Below are positions 26,164 to 36,112 of a stretch of 64,000 nt of DNA, in pieces; positions within the stretch are counted from its first letter, which is position 1; each line of letters starts with the position of its first letter. The position numbers and the translations under genes are program-made. The notes beneath the pieces are model-generated. The model ran no database searches. It saw nothing but the letters and a program-made list of their open reading frames with translations, and was not told where the DNA came from. Location: the sequence record OQ708376.1; one strand, 5' to 3'.

Positions 26164-26406
26164 ATGAAAGTACTATCTGAATTAGAAATGTATCATAGAT
26201 TTAATAAGTACTATCATTTACTTAAGCCTATACAGAGGATTAAATGTCCATTTGAAGAGAAACAGGTATTAATTTATGAGCATAAGTTATTTGTATCATT
26301 AGGTACGAATGAACAAGAGTATTATTTGAAGTTGTACTTGATTACATTAATAGATTTAATTCACTATAAAACCAAACAAGCTAATAAAGAGAAATATGAA
26401 AACTAA
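26164..26406 (+). CDS. GTNYQ-family paralogue 28
   Basis: SLGTNEQE. Confidence 0.85.
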   Translation: MKVLSELEMYHRFNKYYHLLKPIQRIKCPFEEKQVLIYEHKLFVSLGTNEQEYYLKLYLITLIDLIHYKTKQANKEKYEN

Positions 26407-26740
26407 TATACAACTCAAGGTATATAAATCATTTGAACATACATATATCAAAAGTAGTCTATGTAGAGATGTAATGGATTACAAGGGTAAGCCATTCACA
26501 ATTACCTATGATTCTTATGTTAGTGATTTATATATATCATTTGTTAATTACGAAAATAAAATATACAAGCACGTTGATATTAAAGATTTAAGTACTTTAT
26601 CACCAGAGGAATACTTTCAGGAATCATTAGTATGGGATTTAGAGTTCCCTATGCCATTAGTACATAAGATGATAGTACTAATGAAAGAATCTAAACAGGA
26701 GCCTAATAGTGGTTATGAAGAACACACAGTTGAGTATTAA
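26396..26740 (+). CDS. EExxFQ-motif family protein
   Basis: LSPEEYFQESLVWD. Confidence 0.8.
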   Translation: MKTNIQLKVYKSFEHTYIKSSLCRDVMDYKGKPFTITYDSYVSDLYISFVNYENKIYKHVDIKDLSTLSPEEYFQESLVWDLEFPMPLVHKMIVLMKESKQEPNSGYEEHTVEY

Positions 26741-27110
26741 AAGTACTGATAATACTAAGAGTTATACAAGCTCAAGTACTGTGACAATCGAAGTGAATTC
26801 TATTAATGCTGGTAATGCAGTAGATAAGTTCTTTATTGCTCAAGGGTACAGGAAAGATATTCATCAATACTGTTCAGTATATGGGGAGTACAATTCTACT
26901 GAAGATATAATTTATTGGTCAACACATCAAGATTATATAACTAAAATTGGCGTTCCAGATGTTAGTACTTTATCTGAAGAAGAATACTTTCAGTACAGCT
27001 TAGTACATGATGTACCTATACCTTTAGGGTTAATCAAGGGTATGCAGGAAGAGGTTCATAAGCTTAAATCCATGAGTTCAGGTACTTTCATTAGAACAGT
27101 GCAATACTAG
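26715..27110 (+). CDS. EExxFQ-motif family protein
   Basis: LSEEEYFQYSLVHD. Confidence 0.8.
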   Translation: MKNTQLSIKSTDNTKSYTSSSTVTIEVNSINAGNAVDKFFIAQGYRKDIHQYCSVYGEYNSTEDIIYWSTHQDYITKIGVPDVSTLSEEEYFQYSLVHDVPIPLGLIKGMQEEVHKLKSMSSGTFIRTVQY

Positions 27111-27111
27111 C

Positions 27112-27140
27112 TTGACAGTACTTTTTATTACTGATATAGT
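27112..27140 (+). promoter_or_regulatory. sigma70 promoter
   Basis: TTGACA-17-TATAGT. Confidence 0.75.
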
Positions 27141-27169
27141 GCACCAACGTTAATCATAGGGTACAGATT

Positions 27170-27415
27170 ATGTTAAAATTTTTAAATTTCCTTATCGTCT
27201 TGTGTATTGTTCTTGGAATTGCACCGTTTGTATTAGCGTATCTGGATTCAGATGAAATGCAGAAGATGAATTGCACAAAGACAGGACAGAGTAGAGAAGA
27301 GACGGTTATGATGCCTGTAACGGTTATTGTGAATAACATACCAATTACGAACATGATTCCTACCCTAACGACAACGTACCAGTACTCTTGTGCAGACGGA
27401 GAGAGGTGGAGATGA
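27170..27415 (+). CDS. membrane-anchored protein
   Basis: N-terminal TM helix; two later Cys. Confidence 0.75.
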   Translation: MLKFLNFLIVLCIVLGIAPFVLAYLDSDEMQKMNCTKTGQSREETVMMPVTVIVNNIPITNMIPTLTTTYQYSCADGERWR

Positions 27416-27732
27416 AATTTAATATAGCAAAAACATCGAATGTATGTATATTTGGTTATGCAGATGAGTTAGGTGATATTGACATTCTTTTGTACAAAAA
27501 GGATGGTGTTATGCATTTCAAGTACCAGGATGAAGAGGCAGACAATTATCCTTTACCTAATTTAGTACAAATGCAGGAAGAGGAATTATTCCAGTACAGC
27601 TTAGTATATGACATTGATATTTGCACGATGCCAGTACTAATTAATATTCAAAAAGTGATGCTCGATGTGTTTGATAGGCTAATACAAGGCACACAAGGAA
27701 GAACCATATATGTCAATGTACAAGACAATTAA
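27412..27732 (+). CDS. EExxFQ-motif family protein
   Basis: MQEEELFQYSLVYD. Confidence 0.8.
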   Translation: MKFNIAKTSNVCIFGYADELGDIDILLYKKDGVMHFKYQDEEADNYPLPNLVQMQEEELFQYSLVYDIDICTMPVLINIQKVMLDVFDRLIQGTQGRTIYVNVQDN

Positions 27733-27925
27733 TCAAGAATGGAAGACCCAAAAGTACAGGGAATTCAGTACTAGTTTAACAAAAGATGCATTGAATTTAA
27801 AAAGAACAGAGTTTGATATGTTTATTTTTCTTGGAACACGTTCACAGGAACAATACATTCATTATTATATAAGTTCATTGCGAACGGAGATCGTATACAA
27901 AACACAGGGTATTATAAAAAAGTAA
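27710..27925 (+). CDS. GTNYQ-family paralogue 29
   Basis: FLGTRSQE. Confidence 0.8.
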   Translation: MSMYKTINQEWKTQKYREFSTSLTKDALNLKRTEFDMFIFLGTRSQEQYIHYYISSLRTEIVYKTQGIIKK

Positions 27926-27933
27926 ACCAATAT

Positions 27934-28161
27934 TTGTACGCTACAAAGTACAGGGATTTTTGTTTAAAGGGTGGTGATGAAGATTTTTCTTTGCGATTAT
28001 CAGAATTTAATCTGTTATTTTATCTTGGTACATCGGAACAAGAAGAAATGGCACAGAAATTTATCAAGCACCTTGAACAAAAAATTCATATGCAAATTTT
28101 GATGCTTAAGGTACATAATGAGATAAACAAATATGAACCCAACAATAGTACAGGATCTTAA
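27934..28161 (+). CDS. GTNYQ-family paralogue 30
   Basis: YLGTSEQE; TTG start. Confidence 0.75.
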   Translation: MYATKYRDFCLKGGDEDFSLRLSEFNLLFYLGTSEQEEMAQKFIKHLEQKIHMQILMLKVHNEINKYEPNNSTGS

Positions 28162-28522
28162 ACAAGTAATATTCCTTTTGAATACAAGAAGTGAAATGTA
28201 TACAGAGTTTAAAGAGATTAATGCATTTTATCAGAATTTTGTAATTCAAGAGTTCAGTGATTTAATTACAGATGCATTATTTGAATTATCGGAAAAATAC
28301 AAAGGAACAGAGTTCAGTGTTAAGAATGTATTACGTTCTTTATCAAAGCGTATAATAAAATTAGATCATTTTACATTTGACAATAAAGATTTATTCAGTC
28401 ATAATCCAAGTACAGCTTTATATTTTATTCCTGATTCAGACAAAAATCATCCTATTCATTACGGATGGATTTTGTCGTACATAGTACAAGGAAAGGAGTA
28501 TCCTATTAAATGGAACGATTAG
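28133..28522 (+). CDS. hypothetical protein
   Basis: ORF track, coupled. Confidence 0.7.
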   Translation: MNPTIVQDLKQVIFLLNTRSEMYTEFKEINAFYQNFVIQEFSDLITDALFELSEKYKGTEFSVKNVLRSLSKRIIKLDHFTFDNKDLFSHNPSTALYFIPDSDKNHPIHYGWILSYIVQGKEYPIKWND

Positions 28523-28671
28523 GGCGATTAGATTATTACACAATTAATACAAATTATTTGTTGCGTAATATAAAATCCGATTACAAAATATGGATAAAGA
28601 ACAGAGATAGTATGTGTTATGAATTTTATTTAGATTATGCCATCAAACGCTTTTTAAGAGAAGAACATTAA
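28510..28671 (+). CDS. hypothetical protein (53 aa)
   Basis: fills gap with overlaps on both sides. Confidence 0.5.
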   Translation: MERLGRLDYYTINTNYLLRNIKSDYKIWIKNRDSMCYEFYLDYAIKRFLREEH

Positions 28672-28853
28672 TGCACACACCGCACAAAAATACAAAAACG
28701 ATAAATGTTTTAAATGATTCTTTATTGGTGAGTATAAATTTATATTATAAAATTCATTTAAATGGTGGTATTGAAAATTTTAGTTATTATTTGAGTGCAA
28801 TATCGCAAGAGCATTTAATATACCAAGATCATTTATTGCACCCGAATCCATAA
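28671..28853 (+). CDS. hypothetical protein
   Basis: TAATG overlap. Confidence 0.55.
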   Translation: MHTPHKNTKTINVLNDSLLVSINLYYKIHLNGGIENFSYYLSAISQEHLIYQDHLLHPNP

Positions 28854-28861
28854 GGCAAATT

Positions 28862-29407
28862 ATGAATGATATAGAATTATTAGCACACAAGATTAGTACA
28901 ATAATGCTTATCCTCAATAACAACCATCCTATATCGCAGATAGATGGAATCCTGAGTCAGAGGACAGGTGGTAGTTTATATTTGACATTAACAGAGGTTA
29001 TCGCAAGGAATTACATTGATATTGAAATCGAGAACAGTGATGCATCAGGAAAGGTTGATGTAGGTGCATTAATCAGTTCAAATCCAGTATCAGCATCCCC
29101 ATTGACCAAAGGTGTTAGTACAGGATTCGAAGGGTATTTGTGGTACAATACCAATGATGATTATTTTATATATCAGCATTCCAATACAAATTATGATGAA
29201 GACAAATTTCAGTTCATAGACCCTTATGATGAAGCTGAAGTATTTCAAAAATCATTAATCACAAAACCGCATGAGATGATGTATCTAATGTTATTCAGTA
29301 CAATGCATTTGAATCGATTAATTAAAGGTTTAAAATTTTATATTCAATTGAATTTAGTCCATGTAGTTTATGATTTATTAATGCAAGGATATAGTTATGA
29401 AGTATAA
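28862..29407 (+). CDS. EExxFQ-motif family protein
   Basis: DEAEVFQKSLI. Confidence 0.8.
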   Translation: MNDIELLAHKISTIMLILNNNHPISQIDGILSQRTGGSLYLTLTEVIARNYIDIEIENSDASGKVDVGALISSNPVSASPLTKGVSTGFEGYLWYNTNDDYFIYQHSNTNYDEDKFQFIDPYDEAEVFQKSLITKPHEMMYLMLFSTMHLNRLIKGLKFYIQLNLVHVVYDLLMQGYSYEV

Positions 29408-29708
29408 AATGATGTATACCCCAGATATGATTTATGTTGAATTAGAAGATGATGACGATGGGTGGAATTTGATTTATTCAAGAAGTTCAGGTTGGTACAT
29501 GGCACATTTAAATGATTCGATAGTTACAGATTATTTTGTAGATTTCAATACATTATCCGATGAAGAATTGTTCCAACAGCAATTAGTAATTGACACGGGT
29601 GGTTATGATGTTTTATTATTAAAAAAGATACAGAAAGCTGTTATTGATTTTAAGCCCATGATATGGCAAAGGAAATATTATGACCTCGAAGTACCGTACC
29701 AGCAATGA
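29397..29708 (+). CDS. EExxFQ-motif family protein
   Basis: LSDEELFQQQLVID. Confidence 0.8.
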   Translation: MKYKMMYTPDMIYVELEDDDDGWNLIYSRSSGWYMAHLNDSIVTDYFVDFNTLSDEELFQQQLVIDTGGYDVLLLKKIQKAVIDFKPMIWQRKYYDLEVPYQQ

Positions 29709-30246
29709 AATTCAGTACACCTACGCTAATGCAATCCTTATGGGACAAAAGTTAGCTTGTATTGTTGCAGCCTTATATAATGCACAGAAAGATTACAAGC
29801 GTCACATCCACAAATGTATTGGTATTATTCCATCGAAGTACAATACATATATTGCGTGCACGAGTCATTTTGATAAACGATTCAATACACCTGATACCCC
29901 AAATGCCAGTAGTGTTATTGGTCTTTTGGATTTCGCACCTGGTGCTGTTATTGGAAAGAATGATTTAGAGTACACATGGTATAATAAAAATGCCCCGTTA
30001 GTAATGGTAAAATATGATACAGAAACGAATAAAACAATAGAGTACAATACATATAAATCAGAGGAAGAATTTTTCCAAGGTTCATTGCTTGTGCCAGTGC
30101 GTTTGTTGTTTTATAATGTCCTTATTAGTACAGTACACAATAGTCCATTACACAAGAATCACAAAATTAATTTCAATTTTTGTGCTTATGCGATTGATGG
30201 TGTGTATGAGTGTTTAATGGAGGTATTGAGTTATGAAGCTGAATAA
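29680..30246 (+). CDS. EExxFQ-motif family protein
   Basis: SEEEFFQGSLL. Confidence 0.8.
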   Translation: MTSKYRTSNEIQYTYANAILMGQKLACIVAALYNAQKDYKRHIHKCIGIIPSKYNTYIACTSHFDKRFNTPDTPNASSVIGLLDFAPGAVIGKNDLEYTWYNKNAPLVMVKYDTETNKTIEYNTYKSEEEFFQGSLLVPVRLLFYNVLISTVHNSPLHKNHKINFNFCAYAIDGVYECLMEVLSYEAE

Positions 30247-30574
30247 TACATTTGATATTAATAAGTTAAGAGAATGGTTTTATAGTATTGAAATTGAAGC
30301 CATCCCGTATCATAGATATGAACAATATAATTTAACCAGTATTGATATCAGTGAGTTGTACGCGTATTATCAAAGTGCATTAGAGATGCATAAGTTATTT
30401 TTGAGTACAGATTTTGTTCTAAATTACAATTTTGAGGAATTTAATAATTATAATTTAGTACAGAAATATGTAGTAGCAAAGTACATGTACAATCAAGGTA
30501 TCAAAGGTTGCCTCGAATTCAATACCGTTCTTATTTTAGTTGAGGTAATTTTATGCACCGCATGTCTGATTTAG
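30233..30574 (+). CDS. hypothetical protein
   Basis: ORF track, coupled. Confidence 0.7.
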   Translation: MKLNNTFDINKLREWFYSIEIEAIPYHRYEQYNLTSIDISELYAYYQSALEMHKLFLSTDFVLNYNFEEFNNYNLVQKYVVAKYMYNQGIKGCLEFNTVLILVEVILCTACLI

Positions 30575-31050
30575 AGTTCAGTTTAGATGCAGCCTTTAAA
30601 TTTGTTCACAAAATAGAAACAATATATCGTACATTATGTGCAATAACATCAGTATCAAAAGAGTTTGATGTTGGTGAAAGGTATCAGGTGTGGAATAATT
30701 CATTTTATAATAAAGAACATTCTGCGACGGCATTTTATATTTTAGCATTTAATCCCAGCAATTGTTACCCAGAGAAGCATGAACGTTATCCAAATGACGA
30801 CATGTGGTTTGAGTACAAAGAAGATGCTGATATGTCGTCAATTGTAGTTCCTGATGATTTTAATGCACAAGATTTAACAGAAGAGTGGTGGTTCCAGCAG
30901 AATTTAGTACATGATGATATTGATTTATTTTTCTATATTGCATTTAAAATGCTTTATCACAACAATATAGTTAAAGAAAGTTTATCGTTTTCATGTCTAT
31001 ATATTGATGATTTGTACAATGAAATTCAAATAAACATGCCTGTATCGTAA
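30553..31050 (+). CDS. EExxFQ-motif family protein
   Basis: LTEEWWFQQNLVHD. Confidence 0.8.
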   Translation: MHRMSDLEFSLDAAFKFVHKIETIYRTLCAITSVSKEFDVGERYQVWNNSFYNKEHSATAFYILAFNPSNCYPEKHERYPNDDMWFEYKEDADMSSIVVPDDFNAQDLTEEWWFQQNLVHDDIDLFFYIAFKMLYHNNIVKESLSFSCLYIDDLYNEIQINMPVS

Positions 31051-31106
31051 GATATGGGCTTTTTTCGTTTTGGTATTGACAAAGAAGTGCAAAGCTGTTA
31101 TCATGT
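31038..31106 (+). terminator. terminator (GTAA tetraloop, T6) followed by sigma70 promoter
   Basis: GCCTGTATC-GTAA-GATATGGGC-T6; TTGACA-17-TATCAT at 31076. Confidence 0.7.
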
Positions 31107-31132
31107 GTAATCATTTTAAAGGAGAACATATA

Positions 31133-31645
31133 GTGAGTTTCATAATCCCAAGTACATACGAAGATGCATCAAGTGCAGTTCATAAGATTCATTATATTTT
31201 TAATTTAATTATTAGATCTGCAAAAATTAAAATGTATGCACCTCTTGTGACAAATAATCGAAATGAAGAAATTTTTATTAGCACAGACAAAATTATTTTT
31301 CCATATTTCAATGAAGATAGATTGTGGTTCATACATTTAGCTGCATTACAAAAATATAAGATGTCAATTCGTAATAATTTGGATATACCGTTATATCATC
31401 CTGATATTGGAGAGGATGAATATTTTCAGTACAGTACAGTACACCGCCATGAAGATATCTTTGTTGCTATGCTTATTGCTAAATTGAATACCGTTGATTT
31501 GGAGCAGTACAAATACAATAATAAATCATGTAAGATCATAATCCCTGCATTCATAGCTCTTTATGATTATGTGGTGCATAACAAAAAAGATGATACATAT
31601 GCTTTCAATGAAGAGTATTTGAATTTTTTTAAGGAGAACATATGA
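31133..31645 (+). CDS. EExxFQ-motif family protein
   Basis: GEDEYFQYSTVH; GTG start after GGAG. Confidence 0.75.
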   Translation: MSFIIPSTYEDASSAVHKIHYIFNLIIRSAKIKMYAPLVTNNRNEEIFISTDKIIFPYFNEDRLWFIHLAALQKYKMSIRNNLDIPLYHPDIGEDEYFQYSTVHRHEDIFVAMLIAKLNTVDLEQYKYNNKSCKIIIPAFIALYDYVVHNKKDDTYAFNEEYLNFFKENI

Positions 31646-32169
31646 GCAGTGAAGTGCTGAAATCAATGACATTCAATGAAATTGGTACATTTAAAGATAA
31701 GATCATTGATTGCATTGAATACATGATTTGTAGTAATATCGAAAGTATCGAGATATTTAACAAGACAAATCGCTCTTACCATATGATGTACATTGCAAAC
31801 AATAATGGTATCATTCCATTTATTTCGGATAGTACAATATGGTACGCATGTGATACGAAAAAAACCACAATAGGTTTACATTCATTTGAGACACATTATG
31901 ATCTAATTATTCCTGAACATTGTATGCAAGAAGAAGAATATTTTCAAATGCAATGTATACATTCACCATTAGTGTTGTTTAGTTTATATATTATACCTTA
32001 TATCACCAAATGTGTTCATGAGAATAAAGCTCCGTGGAATCATGAATTTGTATCGTTGAAGTTATTGTATAATGTATTAGTAGAATATTATGATTACAGG
32101 CACAATGGTACAATCAGTGATGTATGGGATTTTGAATCGCTAAGGGTGAAAACATACACAGGTGAATGA
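31642..32169 (+). CDS. EExxFQ-motif family protein
   Basis: QEEEYFQMQCIH. Confidence 0.8.
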   Translation: MSSEVLKSMTFNEIGTFKDKIIDCIEYMICSNIESIEIFNKTNRSYHMMYIANNNGIIPFISDSTIWYACDTKKTTIGLHSFETHYDLIIPEHCMQEEEYFQMQCIHSPLVLFSLYIIPYITKCVHENKAPWNHEFVSLKLLYNVLVEYYDYRHNGTISDVWDFESLRVKTYTGE

Positions 32170-32785
32170 TATGACCAGAATTAAAATGTATGATTTGATG
32201 CAGTACAGTAAAATTGCCATTCCAGTGCTTAATAAAGTGCTGGATGCATTCATTGCCAAATACCCTGAGAATTCAGTGTTATGTATTCCATTTAGTGTTC
32301 CAGATAAAGATGATATATTCCAAGTGAATGTCAGTACACGTGGTATTACATTACAGCAGAAATACATGGATACGGAATATTATGGAATAAAGTTGGATTC
32401 AGTACAGGGTTCAAAATCAGCCTATGATTTTTTTGTTCCTAATAATATAGAGTCATGGGAAACAAACATTTCAAAGAAAGATGAAAATGATGTTCCTATT
32501 AGTGGTGTGTTCAACAATAAAGTTTTTTATTATTACGAAACCGACAAATTCCCTGAAGAGTTATATTACAATTCAGAAATGAATGAAGATGTAGATGCAT
32601 TCATGTTTCAATTATCTTTAGTACATGATATCATTGATGTTCAAGAGTTAAGAGCAGAAATCAATTTAGCTAAAGAGTTATCGGACATGCTGCCACCGTT
32701 TAGTATGCTTTTTTGTGAAGGTGGTTATTTTTCAAAAGAAGTGTTTGAACATTTCGTAGATGTTGTAAAAGGGTTGGATATATAG
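32162..32785 (+). CDS. EExxFQ-motif family protein
   Basis: DVDAFMFQLSLVHD. Confidence 0.8.
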   Translation: MNDMTRIKMYDLMQYSKIAIPVLNKVLDAFIAKYPENSVLCIPFSVPDKDDIFQVNVSTRGITLQQKYMDTEYYGIKLDSVQGSKSAYDFFVPNNIESWETNISKKDENDVPISGVFNNKVFYYYETDKFPEELYYNSEMNEDVDAFMFQLSLVHDIIDVQELRAEINLAKELSDMLPPFSMLFCEGGYFSKEVFEHFVDVVKGLDI

Positions 32786-32786
32786 T

Positions 32787-32981
32787 ATGCTTACAGTTGA
32801 TGTTAAACAAAAATACCGTAAGTTTGATTGGTTCACCGACAGTTTCCAGCTTGAATTATTACATTTGAATATCTGTGAAACATTATGTGCAGAAACACAA
32901 GATGAATTTGATGATAGAGTGATGAACATAGTAATGCTTTCTTGCTTTAAACATTTTGGTTATTTTTTCGGACAGAATTGA
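32787..32981 (+). CDS. hypothetical protein
   Basis: ORF track. Confidence 0.65.
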   Translation: MLTVDVKQKYRKFDWFTDSFQLELLHLNICETLCAETQDEFDDRVMNIVMLSCFKHFGYFFGQN

Positions 32982-32989
32982 GGTAAAAA

Positions 32990-33505
32990 ATGCATCAACA
33001 CAAGCATCATTCATATGATTTTGCAATTAACATTATGAAGTTTATTCGAGCGTTGGAGGATGGGAAGCTTAGTCATAAGTACAGGAAAGAGGGTAACAAT
33101 TGGTTCAGAAATGATTCCGAGTTCAGTTGTCATAAAATCGTGTATAGTAATCAGTACAGTGCCAATTACCTACAAGATGTAGTGATGTGTTTTGAATACG
33201 TGTTGCAGTTCAGGGGTTCAATCCAAGATGAGTTGATGGAGAACATGTACATCCGATACCTTCCAATGCTCAAAGATGAAAATGTATTATTAAATTCAAT
33301 ATACCAACGAGTTCGTGAAATTGAGTGCAGGGATATATTAGATACAGAAGAATCGTATTTCCAGCAATCCCTGATTTATGCACCTGATTTATTACAGGTA
33401 CATAATTTGTTTAATACATTACGTCAAAACATCAGTACAGACATATTTTTGTCATTATCGGATTATGATACATTTGTCAAAGATTTAGAGGAAATAGGTT
33501 TATGA
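32990..33505 (+). CDS. EExxFQ-motif family protein
   Basis: TEESYFQQSLIY. Confidence 0.8.
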   Translation: MHQHKHHSYDFAINIMKFIRALEDGKLSHKYRKEGNNWFRNDSEFSCHKIVYSNQYSANYLQDVVMCFEYVLQFRGSIQDELMENMYIRYLPMLKDENVLLNSIYQRVREIECRDILDTEESYFQQSLIYAPDLLQVHNLFNTLRQNISTDIFLSLSDYDTFVKDLEEIGL

Positions 33506-33846
33506 GTCGATTTTCGGTTTATATAGTAAACGTCAGTAAAGATGGTAGTTTAATTGAATTTGATGTAGTTGATAACAATGATAATTCATATGGTATTAAG
33601 GTACAGGACAATGATGTACAGTTCAGTACAAGGACAAATTTTGAGAATCCAGTCCAAGTTCCGAATTTCATAGAAGATGAAGCTGCACGATTCCAATACG
33701 AAACGGCATATGACAATGTACATATGCATATTATTATGCAAACGAGTTTAGTTCAATTAGTTCCTTTGTTCAGACAAAATATATATGTACATGAAGTGTC
33801 GATTAATGGCATTCAAAGTTCCGTTTTGTTCGGTACAAATATGTAA
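33502..33846 (+). CDS. EExxFQ-motif family protein
   Basis: EDEAARFQYETAYD. Confidence 0.75.
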   Translation: MSRFSVYIVNVSKDGSLIEFDVVDNNDNSYGIKVQDNDVQFSTRTNFENPVQVPNFIEDEAARFQYETAYDNVHMHIIMQTSLVQLVPLFRQNIYVHEVSINGIQSSVLFGTNM

Positions 33847-33856
33847 GGAAAGTACA

Positions 33857-34399
33857 ATGAGTTTATTAGATACATTAGAAAAAGACAGAAGTGCAATTAA
33901 GCGTTTAAAAGAGCAAGTACAAAAGATTGTATACAACGTTGATAAGTTTGAAGTCCCAGGAAGATTTGGTGATATTTCCCATACGGAGATCAAATCCCTT
34001 AAGTCAGATTTGTTGATTAAAAATAAAAATGGGTTGATTTTAGTTTTGAGTTCAGATATGATGGGGGCAACACATAGTTATAATGCAGTATCGGTGCGTT
34101 CAGAGTGTGAAGGTATATATCTATCACAGGGTTTCAATAGCGAGACACAGGTTTGTTTTTGTGATGCAGTACATGACCCTATGAAGTTCACGAGAAGTGA
34201 AGCCCAAGCGTTATTAGAGCTATCAGACGAGAGTTTGTTTCAGTACAGTACAATGTATGACAATGATAAGCTTCGTTGTATGTACGCTGTAAAGCATTAT
34301 ACACAGGAGTTCTCTGGATTTGCATACCTTTTAGTTAGAACCAATACCATATATATTGATATGTTAGAAGATTACATCGATAAAGTTGTTAATGTATGA
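33857..34399 (+). CDS. EExxFQ-motif family protein
   Basis: LSDESLFQYSTMYD. Confidence 0.8.
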   Translation: MSLLDTLEKDRSAIKRLKEQVQKIVYNVDKFEVPGRFGDISHTEIKSLKSDLLIKNKNGLILVLSSDMMGATHSYNAVSVRSECEGIYLSQGFNSETQVCFCDAVHDPMKFTRSEAQALLELSDESLFQYSTMYDNDKLRCMYAVKHYTQEFSGFAYLLVRTNTIYIDMLEDYIDKVVNV

Positions 34400-34553
34400 T
34401 TTTGTGATGGGATGATGCTAATGAAAGAGTTATTTGAAGATCAGTTCAATACATATGTGGATAATATTCTTTATTCCAGTCGTGCCAGTCAACGAGGAAA
34501 TCGTGCTTACAATATTGATTACCTATTGGTGGTGCTGAGTTCACAGTACACCA

Positions 34554-34784
34554 ATGCGGTACAAAGGGTTTATTATGAAAAGTGAAAGTAATAGTGATAT
34601 TGCAAAGGAGAAGTTTAAGTGCAGTTTAGATTACGGTTTAAATAATTTTCTTACATGCACAATGTACAGGGATGAGGATTATGAACAATCCGTAATTTCG
34701 TTGCATCGATATTTCGAAATAATTTACGCAAGATATCTTAGAAGGTTAGAGGGAATAGGGGATTGGTATAATGATTACGTTTGA
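34554..34784 (+). CDS. hypothetical protein
   Basis: ORF track. Confidence 0.65.
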   Translation: MRYKGFIMKSESNSDIAKEKFKCSLDYGLNNFLTCTMYRDEDYEQSVISLHRYFEIIYARYLRRLEGIGDWYNDYV

Positions 34785-35007
34785 AGAACCAGAAACAATG
34801 AGTCCATATACGATGAAAGGTTTTGAATTCATGATGGATTCGATTTTGAAGAGTTCGTGTTTAGTACACAATCCTGAGCGTGCAACAGTGAGGGAATATC
34901 AGGACAATGCATTACAGCGTGTAATGAATATGTACAGGAATACGAGTCGCAAGCTTTGTGCGTTGAAAAGGATTGAAGAAATCAAGGTTTCTAGGCTGAA
35001 TAAATAG
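34771..35007 (+). CDS. hypothetical protein
   Basis: ORF track, coupled. Confidence 0.65.
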   Translation: MITFEEPETMSPYTMKGFEFMMDSILKSSCLVHNPERATVREYQDNALQRVMNMYRNTSRKLCALKRIEEIKVSRLNK

Positions 35008-35205
35008 AGACGTTTCATTTTGACAGGCCGCAGGGGGGTCAAAAAAATTTCCGCTGAAAAACATGCTAAGGTATATGTTTAATATAAAGTTTTATATTGT
35101 GTTTTTCAGAGTACAGTTCATGTTTCCTTAAACAAAAAAAATACCCCGCCACCGAACGTGCTCCTTATATTGGAGTTTACCTTATTAATTAAAGTTGAGG
35201 ATTAC

Positions 35206-35583
35206 ATGGAAATAAAATATAATCAATATTGTGTAAGGACATGGATGTACACGGGTGAGTTAGTTACGCACTGTAACTTATACAAAGGTGATTTAAACTA
35301 CGCCAGGGACAAGATTTTAAAGTACTGGAATGCTGACTTTTATTTGATGGATTTTAGTACTGGGTTTAGGGGTAAAGCAACCGAGATGTTGGACTATACA
35401 GTACTTGATGATGCTGCACTGTTTCAGGAGGCATTAGTATTTGACAAGAAGTACATCTGTACATTAGAAGAGATGATTGAATTACAGCGTAGAATTAAAT
35501 GTATTCACAGGGAATGTATAGATATCTGGTGCAGTACTGGTGAAGATGATTTTTGTAATCATTTCAATCTAGGGGAAGTGTGA
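35206..35583 (+). CDS. EExxFQ-motif family protein (CNLxKGD subfamily)
   Basis: CNLYKGD; LDDAALFQEALVFD. Confidence 0.8.
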   Translation: MEIKYNQYCVRTWMYTGELVTHCNLYKGDLNYARDKILKYWNADFYLMDFSTGFRGKATEMLDYTVLDDAALFQEALVFDKKYICTLEEMIELQRRIKCIHRECIDIWCSTGEDDFCNHFNLGEV

Positions 35584-35744
35584 TGGAATTTGATTTTTTA
35601 ATATCAGTACATACGGTCAAGGGTGCACCTCAGTACCTTTGTAATTTAAACAAAGGTGATTTGATTATGGATACAGATACAGAGGCTGTATACAGTTCTA
35701 ATATTCTGTACAAATTCAGTACTAATCTGAAGGAGATTTTATGA
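35583..35744 (+). pseudogene. truncated duplicate of 36112..36468
   Basis: MEFDFLISVHT...CNLNKGDL then diverges; lacks FQ motif; 53 aa. Confidence 0.65.
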
Positions 35745-36112
35745 AAAAAGAAATTAGAATTCAATTCGGTATGAGGAAAAAAGAGGTCATCTGTACACTG
35801 AATCATGCGGTCGTGGAAAGCCTTGGTGGTGCATTACAAAAATTCTCCCATTTTGTTCTTGTACTATATGAAAATGGGTCTTTTAAAATCTTCACATATG
35901 ATGATTCAAAAAATTACCGTAATGATTTTGTAAATCTGACAGTACTGTCAGAAGAGGAATTCTTTCAGGAAAGTACTGTCTGGAATTTACCAGGAGCACC
36001 AATTGAATACGTCCGTGCTACACAGGCAGAAATGATCAAAGTAATGCAGAACTATCCAGAAGATTATATGACTAAGTTTCCTGAATCTATTTATGTAGAG
36101 GTTGAGTACTGA
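35741..36112 (+). CDS. EExxFQ-motif family protein
   Basis: LSEEEFFQESTVWN. Confidence 0.8.
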   Translation: MKKEIRIQFGMRKKEVICTLNHAVVESLGGALQKFSHFVLVLYENGSFKIFTYDDSKNYRNDFVNLTVLSEEEFFQESTVWNLPGAPIEYVRATQAEMIKVMQNYPEDYMTKFPESIYVEVEY

